Position numbers and translations under genes: made by a program. A DNA stretch of 64,000 nucleotides from an uncultured Nitrospiraceae bacterium (lineage in GTDB: Bacteria > Nitrospirota > Nitrospiria > Nitrospirales > Nitrospiraceae), in assembly GCA_963730935.1 (NCBI GenBank), contig CAVSTP010000002.1, forward strand, positions 192,001 to 256,000, written 5' to 3'. The notes under the pieces were generated by a model. It was not told the DNA's origin. It worked only from the letters and a program-made list of their open reading frames with translations, and did no database searches. Below are positions 37,740 through 45,895 of this stretch, one piece after another (within the stretch, counting starts at the first letter, position 1; every line of letters starts with the position of its first letter).

Positions 37740-40229
37740 TTACGCCCAGGCAGGAGCCATTGAGCCATCAGACGACCGCCAGTGCGGCGTCCAGGCCAGT
37801 GAGACGAGCTTCACGGTGATATCGGCTTTGGCCGGCTTCAGTGATACCGGCTGGAGCTTTTCCTGCAATGGGTCGCTCGCCGCGGCGAGCGCCTCGCTTT
37901 CCGCCTTGAATTGTGCTTCGAGATCGGCCAATTGCTGCTGTAACGCGGCGACGTTCTCTTGCGCCATGCTCACATCCTGTGACTCCTTGAGCACGCGTCC
38001 GGCCCCGCGGATGGCCGTCGTGGCGCGGCCGATGTTGGTGGCGCTGATCGTCTTCCGTCCGAGAAATGCGCCCAAGATCGACGCTCCCACGGAGATGGCG
38101 GCCTGCATCTGACTCGATCGAGCCTCGGTCTGCTGCTTTTCTCTTTGCTGTTCCGCCCGCCTGACTCTCTCTTGCAGCGCTGCGATCTTCGGCGCGTATT
38201 TCCGTCGAAGCGAGTCGGCGCCCTTGTCCCGCTGCTCTCTGCCCGATTGTTGCAACCGGAGGCGGAAGTCTCTCTCTGACTCTCCCGGGTTGGACAGCTG
38301 CCCAGTGCTCGGACTGTTGAACAATTCGAGTTTTTGCGTTCGATACAGCCACCCTGCGAACTCTTTGGTCCAGGTCTCGTAGCTTTTTGCCTTGCCGGCA
38401 GCGGACGGAAGCCCGACGAACCGCGCCTCTTCATGCGGGGCCTGTTCGAGATCGGCCACGGTCGCCGGTGCCGGCGCGGCTTTCTCCCAATTGACGGTGA
38501 CGACGCCTTCGGACATCGGCACCAGCACCGTCACCTCTTGCGTCGTCTCGATCCCGCTCTTGCCGTCGGCGAAATGAACGTGGGACGACGCCAGCAGCAT
38601 CGGCGCATAGATCAATTCGCCGCCTTCCGGTTTCGTCCCGCGAATGGGCAAGAAGTGCTGTGGAACGTCCGGAGGCAGGATCGGACGCGGCGCTGTTCCC
38701 GCCTGTTGAGGACTGGAAGGAGCCGGAGTCCGCTCACGGCTTGATCCCGCAACGTCCGCCCTGCGTGCATCCATGAGCAGCTTGATCTGCGAGCGGGTCA
38801 GGGGGCCTCTCAAATACGAGAGACACCAGCGTGTTTCGAACACGACCGGTTCGTCTTCATGGACGTTGTTCATGAGGAAGATGCGGTTGCCGAGCCCCGC
38901 CAGCGTTTGCTCCATGCGGCCCCTATCGAACTTTTTTCCGGCGCTCGAGGAAGCCCCTTCCAAGCCTTCGAGCACACGGGCTTTGTCGCGCTCCGTCTGC
39001 AGACGGCCGATGAACCAGGTACCGGTGTTGGCCAACCCTTTGTAATCAAGGTCTACGGGATTTTGCGTCGCCAAGACGACGCCCAGGCCGAAGGCGCGTG
39101 CTTGCTTGAGCAAGGTCAACAGCGGGAGCTTGGACGGAGGATTGGCCACCGGCGGGAAATAGCCGAAGATCTCATCCATGTACAACAGCGCGCGCAAGCT
39201 GGTGGTCCCCGACTGCGCCCGCATCCAGCCGACCATCTGGCTGAGCAGCAGCGTGACGAAAAACATCCGCTCGGCGTCACTCAGATGCGCGATCGAAAAA
39301 ATTGCCAGACGCGGCTTGCCGGATGCCGTATACAGCAGTTGCTGAATGTCCAGCGGCGCGCCTTCGAGCCACGCTTGAAATCCGGGCGCAGCCAACAGAT
39401 TGTTGAGCTTCATCGCCAAGGCAAAACGGTCCTTCGAGGGGAAAAACGCCTCGACATCCATCACGCCGATCTTCGCCACCGGTGGCGACTGGATGCCCTG
39501 AATGACTGCGGCAAGGTCCAGATCGCTGCCCTGCCTCCAGGCATGGCCGAGAATCGTCGAGAGAAGGATATGCTCACGGCTTCGAATCGGATCGGCGTCG
39601 ACCCCGAGCAAGCCGAGAAGGCCGGTCACAGTCGTGCTGATCCGCTCGCGGAGCAATTCCGTGTCGTTGCGGACATCATCCTCGGGTGCGGCAAAGGATC
39701 TCAGAATGGAGACGGGCAGACCGGCATTACTCCCCGGCGTATAGATCATGGCCTCGGCAGACTCCTTGAGTCGCTGGATGCGTGCACCGTCCTGACCCCA
39801 TGCCGCTAAGCCCTTTTTCCAGAGGTCCGCTTGCCCGCTCGCATACTCGGCGGGGGACTGCCCTCTCTTACGCGCATCGTCTTCACTGATCCAGGGGAGA
39901 AAGTCTTCGCCCTTGAGAGCGGGAAACGTCAGCAGGAGATTGCCAAGATCGCCTTTAGGATCGATGATGATGGCGGGAATGTTGTCGATCGCAGCCTCTT
40001 CGAGCAATGAGAGGCAGAGGCCCGTTTTGCCACTCCCGGTCATACCCACGCAGACCGCGTGGGTCACCAGATCCTTCGAGTCGTACAACAGCCATCCTGG
40101 GTTCGCCCGCTTGGCAGGCAGATCATAAGGTCGGCCGAGGTAAAAGACGCCTAGTCGCTCGAAGTCCTGCGTATTCTTCGAGCCGCCGGCGGCTTCCTCC
40201 TTCGCCGGAGCAGACTTTTTGCGTGGCAT
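37740..40229 (-). CDS. HerA/FtsK-superfamily P-loop ATPase (DUF87/DUF853-like) with C-terminal coiled coil
   Basis: GMTGSGKT Walker A, IIIDPKGD, LYMDE Walker B, KQARAFG, ATQNPVDLD. Confidence 0.85.
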   Translation of the reverse strand: MPRKKSAPAKEEAAGGSKNTQDFERLGVFYLGRPYDLPAKRANPGWLLYDSKDLVTHAVCVGMTGSGKTGLCLSLLEEAAIDNIPAIIIDPKGDLGNLLLTFPALKGEDFLPWISEDDARKRGQSPAEYASGQADLWKKGLAAWGQDGARIQRLKESAEAMIYTPGSNAGLPVSILRSFAAPEDDVRNDTELLRERISTTVTGLLGLLGVDADPIRSREHILLSTILGHAWRQGSDLDLAAVIQGIQSPPVAKIGVMDVEAFFPSKDRFALAMKLNNLLAAPGFQAWLEGAPLDIQQLLYTASGKPRLAIFSIAHLSDAERMFFVTLLLSQMVGWMRAQSGTTSLRALLYMDEIFGYFPPVANPPSKLPLLTLLKQARAFGLGVVLATQNPVDLDYKGLANTGTWFIGRLQTERDKARVLEGLEGASSSAGKKFDRGRMEQTLAGLGNRIFLMNNVHEDEPVVFETRWCLSYLRGPLTRSQIKLLMDARRADVAGSSRERTPAPSSPQQAGTAPRPILPPDVPQHFLPIRGTKPEGGELIYAPMLLASSHVHFADGKSGIETTQEVTVLVPMSEGVVTVNWEKAAPAPATVADLEQAPHEEARFVGLPSAAGKAKSYETWTKEFAGWLYRTQKLELFNSPSTGQLSNPGESERDFRLRLQQSGREQRDKGADSLRRKYAPKIAALQERVRRAEQQREKQQTEARSSQMQAAISVGASILGAFLGRKTISATNIGRATTAIRGAGRVLKESQDVSMAQENVAALQQQLADLEAQFKAESEALAAASDPLQEKLQPVSLKPAKADITVKLVSLAWTPHWRSSDGSMAPAWA

Positions 40230-40348
40230 CGGTCCTCGATCCTAGAGAAAGGAAGGGCACAGCAACGGCGCATTGTATGGTGGGGACCGATCCGCTGCAA
40301 GGCCACGCATCAGGTCGTATTCTATTGCTGTGAAAAAGAGACGGAGGA

Positions 40349-40378
40349 CCCGGGAGACGCGTATGGCCGCCTCCCGGG
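40349..40378 (-). terminator. Probable intrinsic terminator downstream of the crystallin gene
   Basis: CCCGGGAG/CTCCCGGG stem 12 nt after the stop; a T-rich tract follows about 11 nt further on the minus strand. Confidence 0.45.
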
Positions 40379-40390
40379 CTGAGAGAGAAG

Positions 40391-40777
40391 TTAGCTGCCG
40401 CACGAAATCTTCATGGACTCGATATCGTTACTCATGTCCAGCTTCCCGAGCTTGGGAACGCGTTGCCCGGGGGCAAATGCGAGTTCCGTCCCCTTGAAAT
40501 CCTTGTCTGAGTAGGCCTTGACCCTGGCATTCGTACCCACGATCACGCTTTCGATGTCATTGTTCCAATTCTTGCCGCCCAAATCTTTTAGTGAAGCGAA
40601 TTCTTTCGGGCCTTGTATTTTGTAATGACCATCGTCCATGTCGAAGTTGTCATCGTCGAACACTTCGATATAACAATTCTTATCGATGACCTGCGTTTCC
40701 AGATCCGCGGCAAACGCCGGCGCGGCCCCAAACGCGATGGCGGCAAGTATCGGCAATCCAACCCTCAAAAAAGACAT
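40391..40777 (-). CDS. Secreted beta/gamma-crystallin domain protein
   Basis: Signal peptide ending AFA; two Greek-key motifs (VFDDDNF...NNDIESV and AYSDKDFKG...SNDIESM); AAGGAG RBS. Confidence 0.85.
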   Translation of the reverse strand: MSFLRVGLPILAAIAFGAAPAFAADLETQVIDKNCYIEVFDDDNFDMDDGHYKIQGPKEFASLKDLGGKNWNNDIESVIVGTNARVKAYSDKDFKGTELAFAPGQRVPKLGKLDMSNDIESMKISCGS

Positions 40778-40828
40778 GATTTGCTCCTTTGTCGTTGTGT
40801 ATTGTGAATGAGCTGTCTCGGTCCGTGG

Positions 40829-40921
40829 TTAACGAAGAATGCCGAGAAACCACAGCAGTACCAACAGGCTCACCGGAACTCCGAGCAGCCACAAAATAAC
40901 GCCTTTCCCCATTGTTCCCAT
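40829..40921 (-). CDS. 30-aa single-TM microprotein (MGTMGKGVILWLLGVPVSLLVLLWFLGILR)
   Basis: GGAGGAG RBS just upstream, fully hydrophobic core, same strand as both neighbours; below the ORF-track size cutoff. Confidence 0.7.
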   Translation of the reverse strand: MGTMGKGVILWLLGVPVSLLVLLWFLGILR

Positions 40922-40966
40922 AAAGCACTCCTCCACAATTAGCGTTTGTACGACGGCAAGGTTCAC

Positions 40967-41392
40967 CTACTGCATCAGCGAAGGCTCTTGCGTCAGGACC
41001 TGGTTCAGCACGCTGACCATGCGCAGATGCGCGCGATTGTCCTCGCGCAGATCAGTAGCGAACAACTCCGCATGGCGCTGCTGCAAGACCTTGCCGAAGG
41101 CACCATGTTTTGCCTCAGGCACGCCGTACAGGGTGGCCAGCGACGCCACGTATTGCCCGCTTCCGGCCGCAGCCTCCTGGCGCAGATTTTCATATGCCAC
41201 TCCGGCGAACAGGTTGATCTTATGCTCCTGCTTCACCAGGCCATCTACCGTAAACAGGTCGTTCGGTGTAGTGCTCGAGAAAAAGTTCACAGTCGTGTCG
41301 ATCGTCGCCTTGGTCGTGTTGCAGGCGGCAAGGTTTAATCCAATCACGATCACTCCACAAGCAGTCAACACACGTGCCATCTGAGGTAACAT
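40967..41392 (-). CDS. DUF3015-like lipoprotein
   Basis: Lipobox LAAC; NLRQEAAAGSGQYVASLATLYG resembles DUF3015; GAGGAG RBS before ATG 41392. Confidence 0.7.
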   Translation of the reverse strand: MLPQMARVLTACGVIVIGLNLAACNTTKATIDTTVNFFSSTTPNDLFTVDGLVKQEHKINLFAGVAYENLRQEAAAGSGQYVASLATLYGVPEAKHGAFGKVLQQRHAELFATDLREDNRAHLRMVSVLNQVLTQEPSLMQ

Positions 41393-41462
41393 CGCTCCTC
41401 CTTTCGCGTACAGGTCATGGCCCAAAACGTAATCACTAGCGAAACTCCCAGCTTTGTGAATA

Positions 41463-41478
41463 AGCAAAGGGCGGGCCG
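41463..41478 (-). promoter_or_regulatory. Putative sigma54 (-24/-12) promoter
   Basis: Minus strand CGGCCCG-CCCT-TTGCT (GG-N10-GC), about 70 nt upstream of ATG 41392. Confidence 0.5.
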
Positions 41479-41615
41479 AAGTTGAAAGGGACCGATGCTG
41501 TGCGAGGTTACGTTACGGCTAAGTGATCTCCCTAGCGGAAATCACCAGATTTCTTACCTTGCCGCATTACAGTCAGGACAGATTGTCCCTTTTTCGGGAC
41601 AGAATGGATGGACCG

Positions 41616-41945
41616 TTACCACTCTTTGAAGATCACAAAGACAGCGCCTGCCATCATGCTGAAGCCCAGCACATAATTCCATTTCAGCGGTTCTCGAAGA
41701 TACAGGACGGAAAACACACAAAAGACGGCGAGCGTGATGACTTCCTGAATCGTCTTCAACTGGGCAGCCGTGAAATCATAGTGGCCAATCCGGTTGGCGG
41801 GCACCTGAAAACAGTATTCGACAAAGGCGATGCCCCAACTTGCCAGGATCGCCATCCAGAGGGGAGTGTCTTTGTATTTGAGATGCCCCTACCAGGCGAG
41901 CGTCATGAAGATGTTGGAGATCGTCAGCAACAGGATTGTGTGCAT
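41616..41945 (-). pseudogene. DMT family (DUF486-like) small membrane protein with an in-frame TAG at codon 19
   Basis: GAGGAGG RBS; reads MHTILLLTISNIFMTLAW*GHLK...EYCFQVPANRIG...QLKTIQEVI. The family consensus is AWYGHL; TAG is at 41889-41891. Confidence 0.8.
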
Positions 41946-42022
41946 GAGCCTCCTCTTGTTGTTTGATCATCAGCTGACGGCCATCGGCGTCATCAGCTGT
42001 TACTCCCCTTCCCTCTTTTATC

Positions 42023-42164
42023 GGGATGGATCTGAGATAATTTTGGCGGGTGGCGCTGACCTGGGAGCCCGAGCGCCCGCAGCGGGGTCCCCACACCGGG
42101 CGGGGGCCGAGGACGATCGGGCTGGTCAGCGACAGGACCCGCCCGCCCCGCACTTGTTCATCCC
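42023..42164. repeat. GC-rich palindromic element at the 3' end of uvrA
   Basis: Nested IRs: GGGATG/CATCCC, GGCGGGT/ACCCGCC, CGCTGACC/GGTCAGCG, AGCCCGA/TCGGGCT. Confidence 0.6.
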
Positions 42165-44668
42165 ATTCCCGCTTCTTTCAGCACCTGGCCCGTATACGAC
42201 CGCTTTGAGCGTGCGATCTCTTTAGGCGGCCCTTCGGCCACGATTTCACCGCCCCGGTCTCCGCCTTCCGGACCCAGGTCGATGATCCAATCGGCATTCC
42301 TGATCACGTCCAGGTTGTGCTCGATCACAAGGACCGTGTTTCCTGTTTCGACGAGACGATCGAGGACATCGAGCAATCGCTGAACGTCGGCAAAATGCAA
42401 TCCGGTCGTCGGCTCGTCAAGAATGTACAGCGTGCGTCCGGTCGCCCGCTTCGATAATTCACGGGAGAGTTTGACTCGCTGCGCTTCGCCGCCGGAGAGC
42501 GTGGTCGCCGACTGGCCGAGTTTCACATAATGCAGCCCGACGTCATGCAAGGTCTGCAGTTTGGCCTTGATCAGCGGGATATGCTGAAAAAATTCCAGGG
42601 CCTCATCCACCGTCATGTTCAGCACATCGGCAATGCTCTTCCCTTTATATAAGATTTCCAACGTCTCACGGTTGTAACGCTGACCTTTGCAGACTTCGCA
42701 GGTGACGTACACGTCCGGCAGAAAATGCATTTCGATTTTGATCAGCCCGTCGCCTTGACAGGCCTCGCACCGCCCGCCTTTGACGTTGAAACTGTAGCGG
42801 CCCGGCTTGTACCCGCGGACGCGAGATTCCGGGAGATTCGAATAGAGATCGCGGATATGCCCGAAGAGTCCCGTATACGTAGCGGGATTCGAACGGGGGG
42901 TCCTGCCGATCGGCGATTGATCGATGTCGATCACCTTATCCAGCGCCAGGACACCGTGGAGGTCCTTGCAGCCGTCGATCTTCGGCTTTTTGTGGTACAG
43001 GAGCTGCGATAACGAGTGGAATAGTACTTCGAGCACGAGCGTGCTCTTGCCCGATCCCGAAACACCGGTGACACAGGTCAACAATCCTAACGGAAGGCGT
43101 ACCGTGACATCCTTCAGATTATGCTTGTTCGCACCGATGACGGACAGGAACCCCTTCGGCTTTCGCTCCCGCCGAGGAACGGCGACCGCCTGGAGGCCGC
43201 GAAGGTACTGCCCGGTCAGCGATTGGGGATCAGCCATGACCTGTTGCGGCGTGCCCTGCGCAATGACGTGCCCCCCATGCGAGCCGGCGCCGGGCCCCAT
43301 ATCAAGAATGTGATCCGCGGCCAGCATCGTCTCGGTATCGTGTTCCACCACGACCACCGTATTTCCGAGATCGCGCAACCGGAGCAGTGTCTGCAAGAGC
43401 CGGCGATTGTCGCGTTGATGCAAGCCAATGGACGGTTCATCGAGAATGTACAGGACTCCCACGAGTCCGGACCCGATCTGTGTGGCAAGCCTGATGCGCT
43501 GGCCTTCGCCTCCGGAGAGCGTCGCCGCGGCCCGATCGAGCGTGAGATAATCGAGGCCCACGTTCACGAGAAACCCAAGTCGTTCCCTGATTTCCTTCAG
43601 GATTCGATGGGCGATGACCATTTCACGCTCGGTGAAGGTCAGAGAAGCAAAATAGTCGGCCGCCGCTCTGACGGACCGGCGTGTCACATCCGCGATTGAT
43701 TGCTTGGCGATCTTGATGGACAGGCTTTCAGGTCTCAGTCTGGCGCCATGACAGGCTTCACAGAGCTCGAGCAGCGTGAAGTCCTCGTCTTCAGGAGCGT
43801 CTGCCGTCATCGCATATCCGATTCCGTCACACACCGGACAGGCGCCGTGCGGGCTGTTGAACGAGAAGATGCGCGGCGTGATTTCCGGATAACTCACGCC
43901 GCAGCGGATGCAAGCCAGTTTTTCACTGTAGAGCAGCGTTCTGCCGTCTTCGGTCAGCACGCCCACCAGCCCGCCCGTCAGCTTCAATGCGGTTTCGACC
44001 GAGTCGGCTAGCCGCCGCGCCAGCGCGTCCCCCGGCTTCATGACCAAACGGTCGATGACGATCTCAACCGTATGCTTCTTCTGTTTGTCGAGACTGATGT
44101 CGTCGCCCAACTCCACCGGCTTCCCGTCGATGCGCGCCCGGACATAGCCAGCCCGCCGCATCTCGAGAAGCTCTTTGCGGTATTCGCCTTTCCGGCCGCG
44201 AACGATCGGCGCGAGAATCTGAAACTTGCTGCCTTCGGGCAGCGCGCCGATGGCATCCACCATCTGCTGCACCGTCTGCGCGGTGATCTCATGGCCGCAT
44301 TGGTGGCAATAGGGACGCCCGACGCGCGCGAACAATAGGCGCAGATAATCATAAATTTCCGTGACCGTGCCGACGGTCGAGCGCGGATTGTGGCTCGTGG
44401 ATTTCTGCTCGATCGAGATGGCGGGGGAGAGCCCTTCGATCGAATCGACATCGGGTTTCCCCATCTGCTCCAGGAACTGGCGGGCGTAGGCCGACAGGGA
44501 TTCGACGTACCGGCGCTGTCCTTCCGCGTAGATGGTGTCGAAGGCGAGCGAGGATTTGCCGGAGCCGCTCAAGCCGGTGATGACGACCAGCTTGTCGCGG
44601 GGGATCTCGACATCGATGTTCTTGAGATTGTGCTCGCGCGCGCCTTTGATGATGATGGAGTTGCCCAT
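42158..44668 (-). CDS. uvrA: Excinuclease ABC subunit A (compact; lacks the insertion domain)
   Basis: [66 protein letters not shown]. Confidence 0.98.
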   Translation of the reverse strand: MGNSIIIKGAREHNLKNIDVEIPRDKLVVITGLSGSGKSSLAFDTIYAEGQRRYVESLSAYARQFLEQMGKPDVDSIEGLSPAISIEQKSTSHNPRSTVGTVTEIYDYLRLLFARVGRPYCHQCGHEITAQTVQQMVDAIGALPEGSKFQILAPIVRGRKGEYRKELLEMRRAGYVRARIDGKPVELGDDISLDKQKKHTVEIVIDRLVMKPGDALARRLADSVETALKLTGGLVGVLTEDGRTLLYSEKLACIRCGVSYPEITPRIFSFNSPHGACPVCDGIGYAMTADAPEDEDFTLLELCEACHGARLRPESLSIKIAKQSIADVTRRSVRAAADYFASLTFTEREMVIAHRILKEIRERLGFLVNVGLDYLTLDRAAATLSGGEGQRIRLATQIGSGLVGVLYILDEPSIGLHQRDNRRLLQTLLRLRDLGNTVVVVEHDTETMLAADHILDMGPGAGSHGGHVIAQGTPQQVMADPQSLTGQYLRGLQAVAVPRRERKPKGFLSVIGANKHNLKDVTVRLPLGLLTCVTGVSGSGKSTLVLEVLFHSLSQLLYHKKPKIDGCKDLHGVLALDKVIDIDQSPIGRTPRSNPATYTGLFGHIRDLYSNLPESRVRGYKPGRYSFNVKGGRCEACQGDGLIKIEMHFLPDVYVTCEVCKGQRYNRETLEILYKGKSIADVLNMTVDEALEFFQHIPLIKAKLQTLHDVGLHYVKLGQSATTLSGGEAQRVKLSRELSKRATGRTLYILDEPTTGLHFADVQRLLDVLDRLVETGNTVLVIEHNLDVIRNADWIIDLGPEGGDRGGEIVAEGPPKEIARSKRSYTGQVLKEAGMG

Positions 44669-44748
44669 AGGCGCAAGATTATAACACTCGAACCGGTCCC
44701 ACTGTGAAATCCGCGTCCAAAAAATTCCGTCGTAGGTTACAGGAAGGC

Positions 44749-45067
44749 GGGATGTTCACACAGCCAGCGTCTCCCCCGCCCAACCCCGACGAATGTGTTC
44801 ACCCGCCCAGCCCGCCGATTGCTGCGCAATCCATCGCCCGTGACGCGTCTCTCCGCGAGCGAGGCGGCAGCGAGCGAAGGGCCGAGAGGTACCTACCAAG
44901 CTTCGCTTGTACCGCTCGCTTCGATCAAATGCGAGCGGAGAGGTACTTTCCCTCCCATGAGCTTTCAATCATCGAGGGTCTGAGCGATGCGAGAACGAAG
45001 CTTGGCGAAATGCGCGTCTCGGCGCGCCAGGGTGGGCGGGTGAGATGAGAGGCTTTTTCAACATCCC
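44749..45067. mobile_element. Expanded MITE-like repeat (same family as 21177-21301, reverse orientation)
   Basis: Ends GGGATGTTCACACAGCC / GGCTTTTTCAACATCCC. Internal CTGAGCGATGCGAGAACGAAGCT is the near reverse complement of AGCTTCGTTCTTGCGTCGCTCAG in the first copy. Inner IR CACCCGCCCA/TGGGCGGGTG. Confidence 0.75.
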
Positions 45068-45077
45068 TTCAGTTGCC

Positions 45078-45107
45078 TTGACAAAGCCGGAAACCGGGTG
45101 CTACCAC
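45078..45107 (+). promoter_or_regulatory. Putative sigma70 promoter for the ubiE-radical SAM pair
   Basis: TTGACA-N18-TACCAC with a TGn extension. Confidence 0.45.
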
Positions 45108-45136
45108 CCATCTCCATGCTACTCATGAGGGAATCC

Positions 45137-45895
45137 GTGACCGATCGCCCGCTACGGGAGATTCCAGCCAGCACGATTTCGACCTGGTCGGGCTCCGCGC
45201 GCGAGCAAGCGGTTCAACGCATGTTCACGGCCATCGCGGGAGTCTACGATCTCAACAACACGCTCCTGAGCTTCGGACTGCATTACCGCTGGAAGAAAAT
45301 TACCGCGGACTATGTACCTTGCGTCGTAGATGGGACCGCGCTGGACGTGGGTGCTGGGACCGCCGATCTTGCGCTGTTTGTGGAGCCTCGCATGGGTGCT
45401 CACGGACGCGTCATCGCCTCCGACCTGAATCATGCCATGCTCGTGGAAGGGTTGAAGAAGATCGGTGGAAAGGGTCTAGGCGGGAAGATCACCTGCTTGC
45501 AGGCCAATGCAGAACATCTGGGATTCGACGACAACACGTTCGACGCCGTCACCACGGGGTTCTGCATGCGCAATGTCGGAAACCTCGCGCAGGCGATCGT
45601 CGAGATTCGTCGCGTCATGAAGCCAGGGGGCACATTCGTCTGCCTCGAATTTTCCCGTCCGGTCTTCGGCTGGCTCCGCGCTCTGTACGATTGGTATTCG
45701 TTCAAGCTGCTTCCGTGGATCGGCACGAAGGTCGCGCGGGACACAACCGGGGTCTATGAATATCTTCCCGCGTCCATCCGCGCGTTTCCCGATCAGGAGC
45801 GGCTCTGCCACATCTTTCGCGACGCGGGCTTTCGCGACGTCTCGTATCGCAATCTGACCGGCGGGATCGTCGCCATTCATCGAGCCGTGAAATGA
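45137..45895 (+). CDS. ubiE: UbiE/MenG-family quinone C-methyltransferase
   Basis: VQRMFTAIAGVYDLNN, LSFGLH, LDVGAGTAD, MRNV, CLEFS, YEYLPASIRAFP, LTGGIVAIH. Start uncertain (45098-45137); GTG 45137 has a GAGGGA RBS. Confidence 0.9.
   Translation: MTDRPLREIPASTISTWSGSAREQAVQRMFTAIAGVYDLNNTLLSFGLHYRWKKITADYVPCVVDGTALDVGAGTADLALFVEPRMGAHGRVIASDLNHAMLVEGLKKIGGKGLGGKITCLQANAEHLGFDDNTFDAVTTGFCMRNVGNLAQAIVEIRRVMKPGGTFVCLEFSRPVFGWLRALYDWYSFKLLPWIGTKVARDTTGVYEYLPASIRAFPDQERLCHIFRDAGFRDVSYRNLTGGIVAIHRAVK

Noticed and set aside
33529..40229. Patatin plus HerA-like ATPase as a known anti-phage system (CBASS, Sir2-HerA, Nezha-like)
   Set aside because: No cyclase, Sir2, nuclease or sensor gene is present. 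The ATPase is convergent rather than co-operonic, and composition matches the host.
41889..41891. Genome-wide TAG recoding or pyrrolysine
   Set aside because: TAG terminates several normal genes here (secA, yqhA, the first patatin), and no pyl genes are seen.
41960..42020. Fluoride or guanidine riboswitch upstream of the DMT gene (GCTGATGACGCC and a small hairpin)
   Set aside because: The 5' GGNGATGG pseudoknot partner of the fluoride motif is not upstream, and there are no paired ACGR-loop hairpins.
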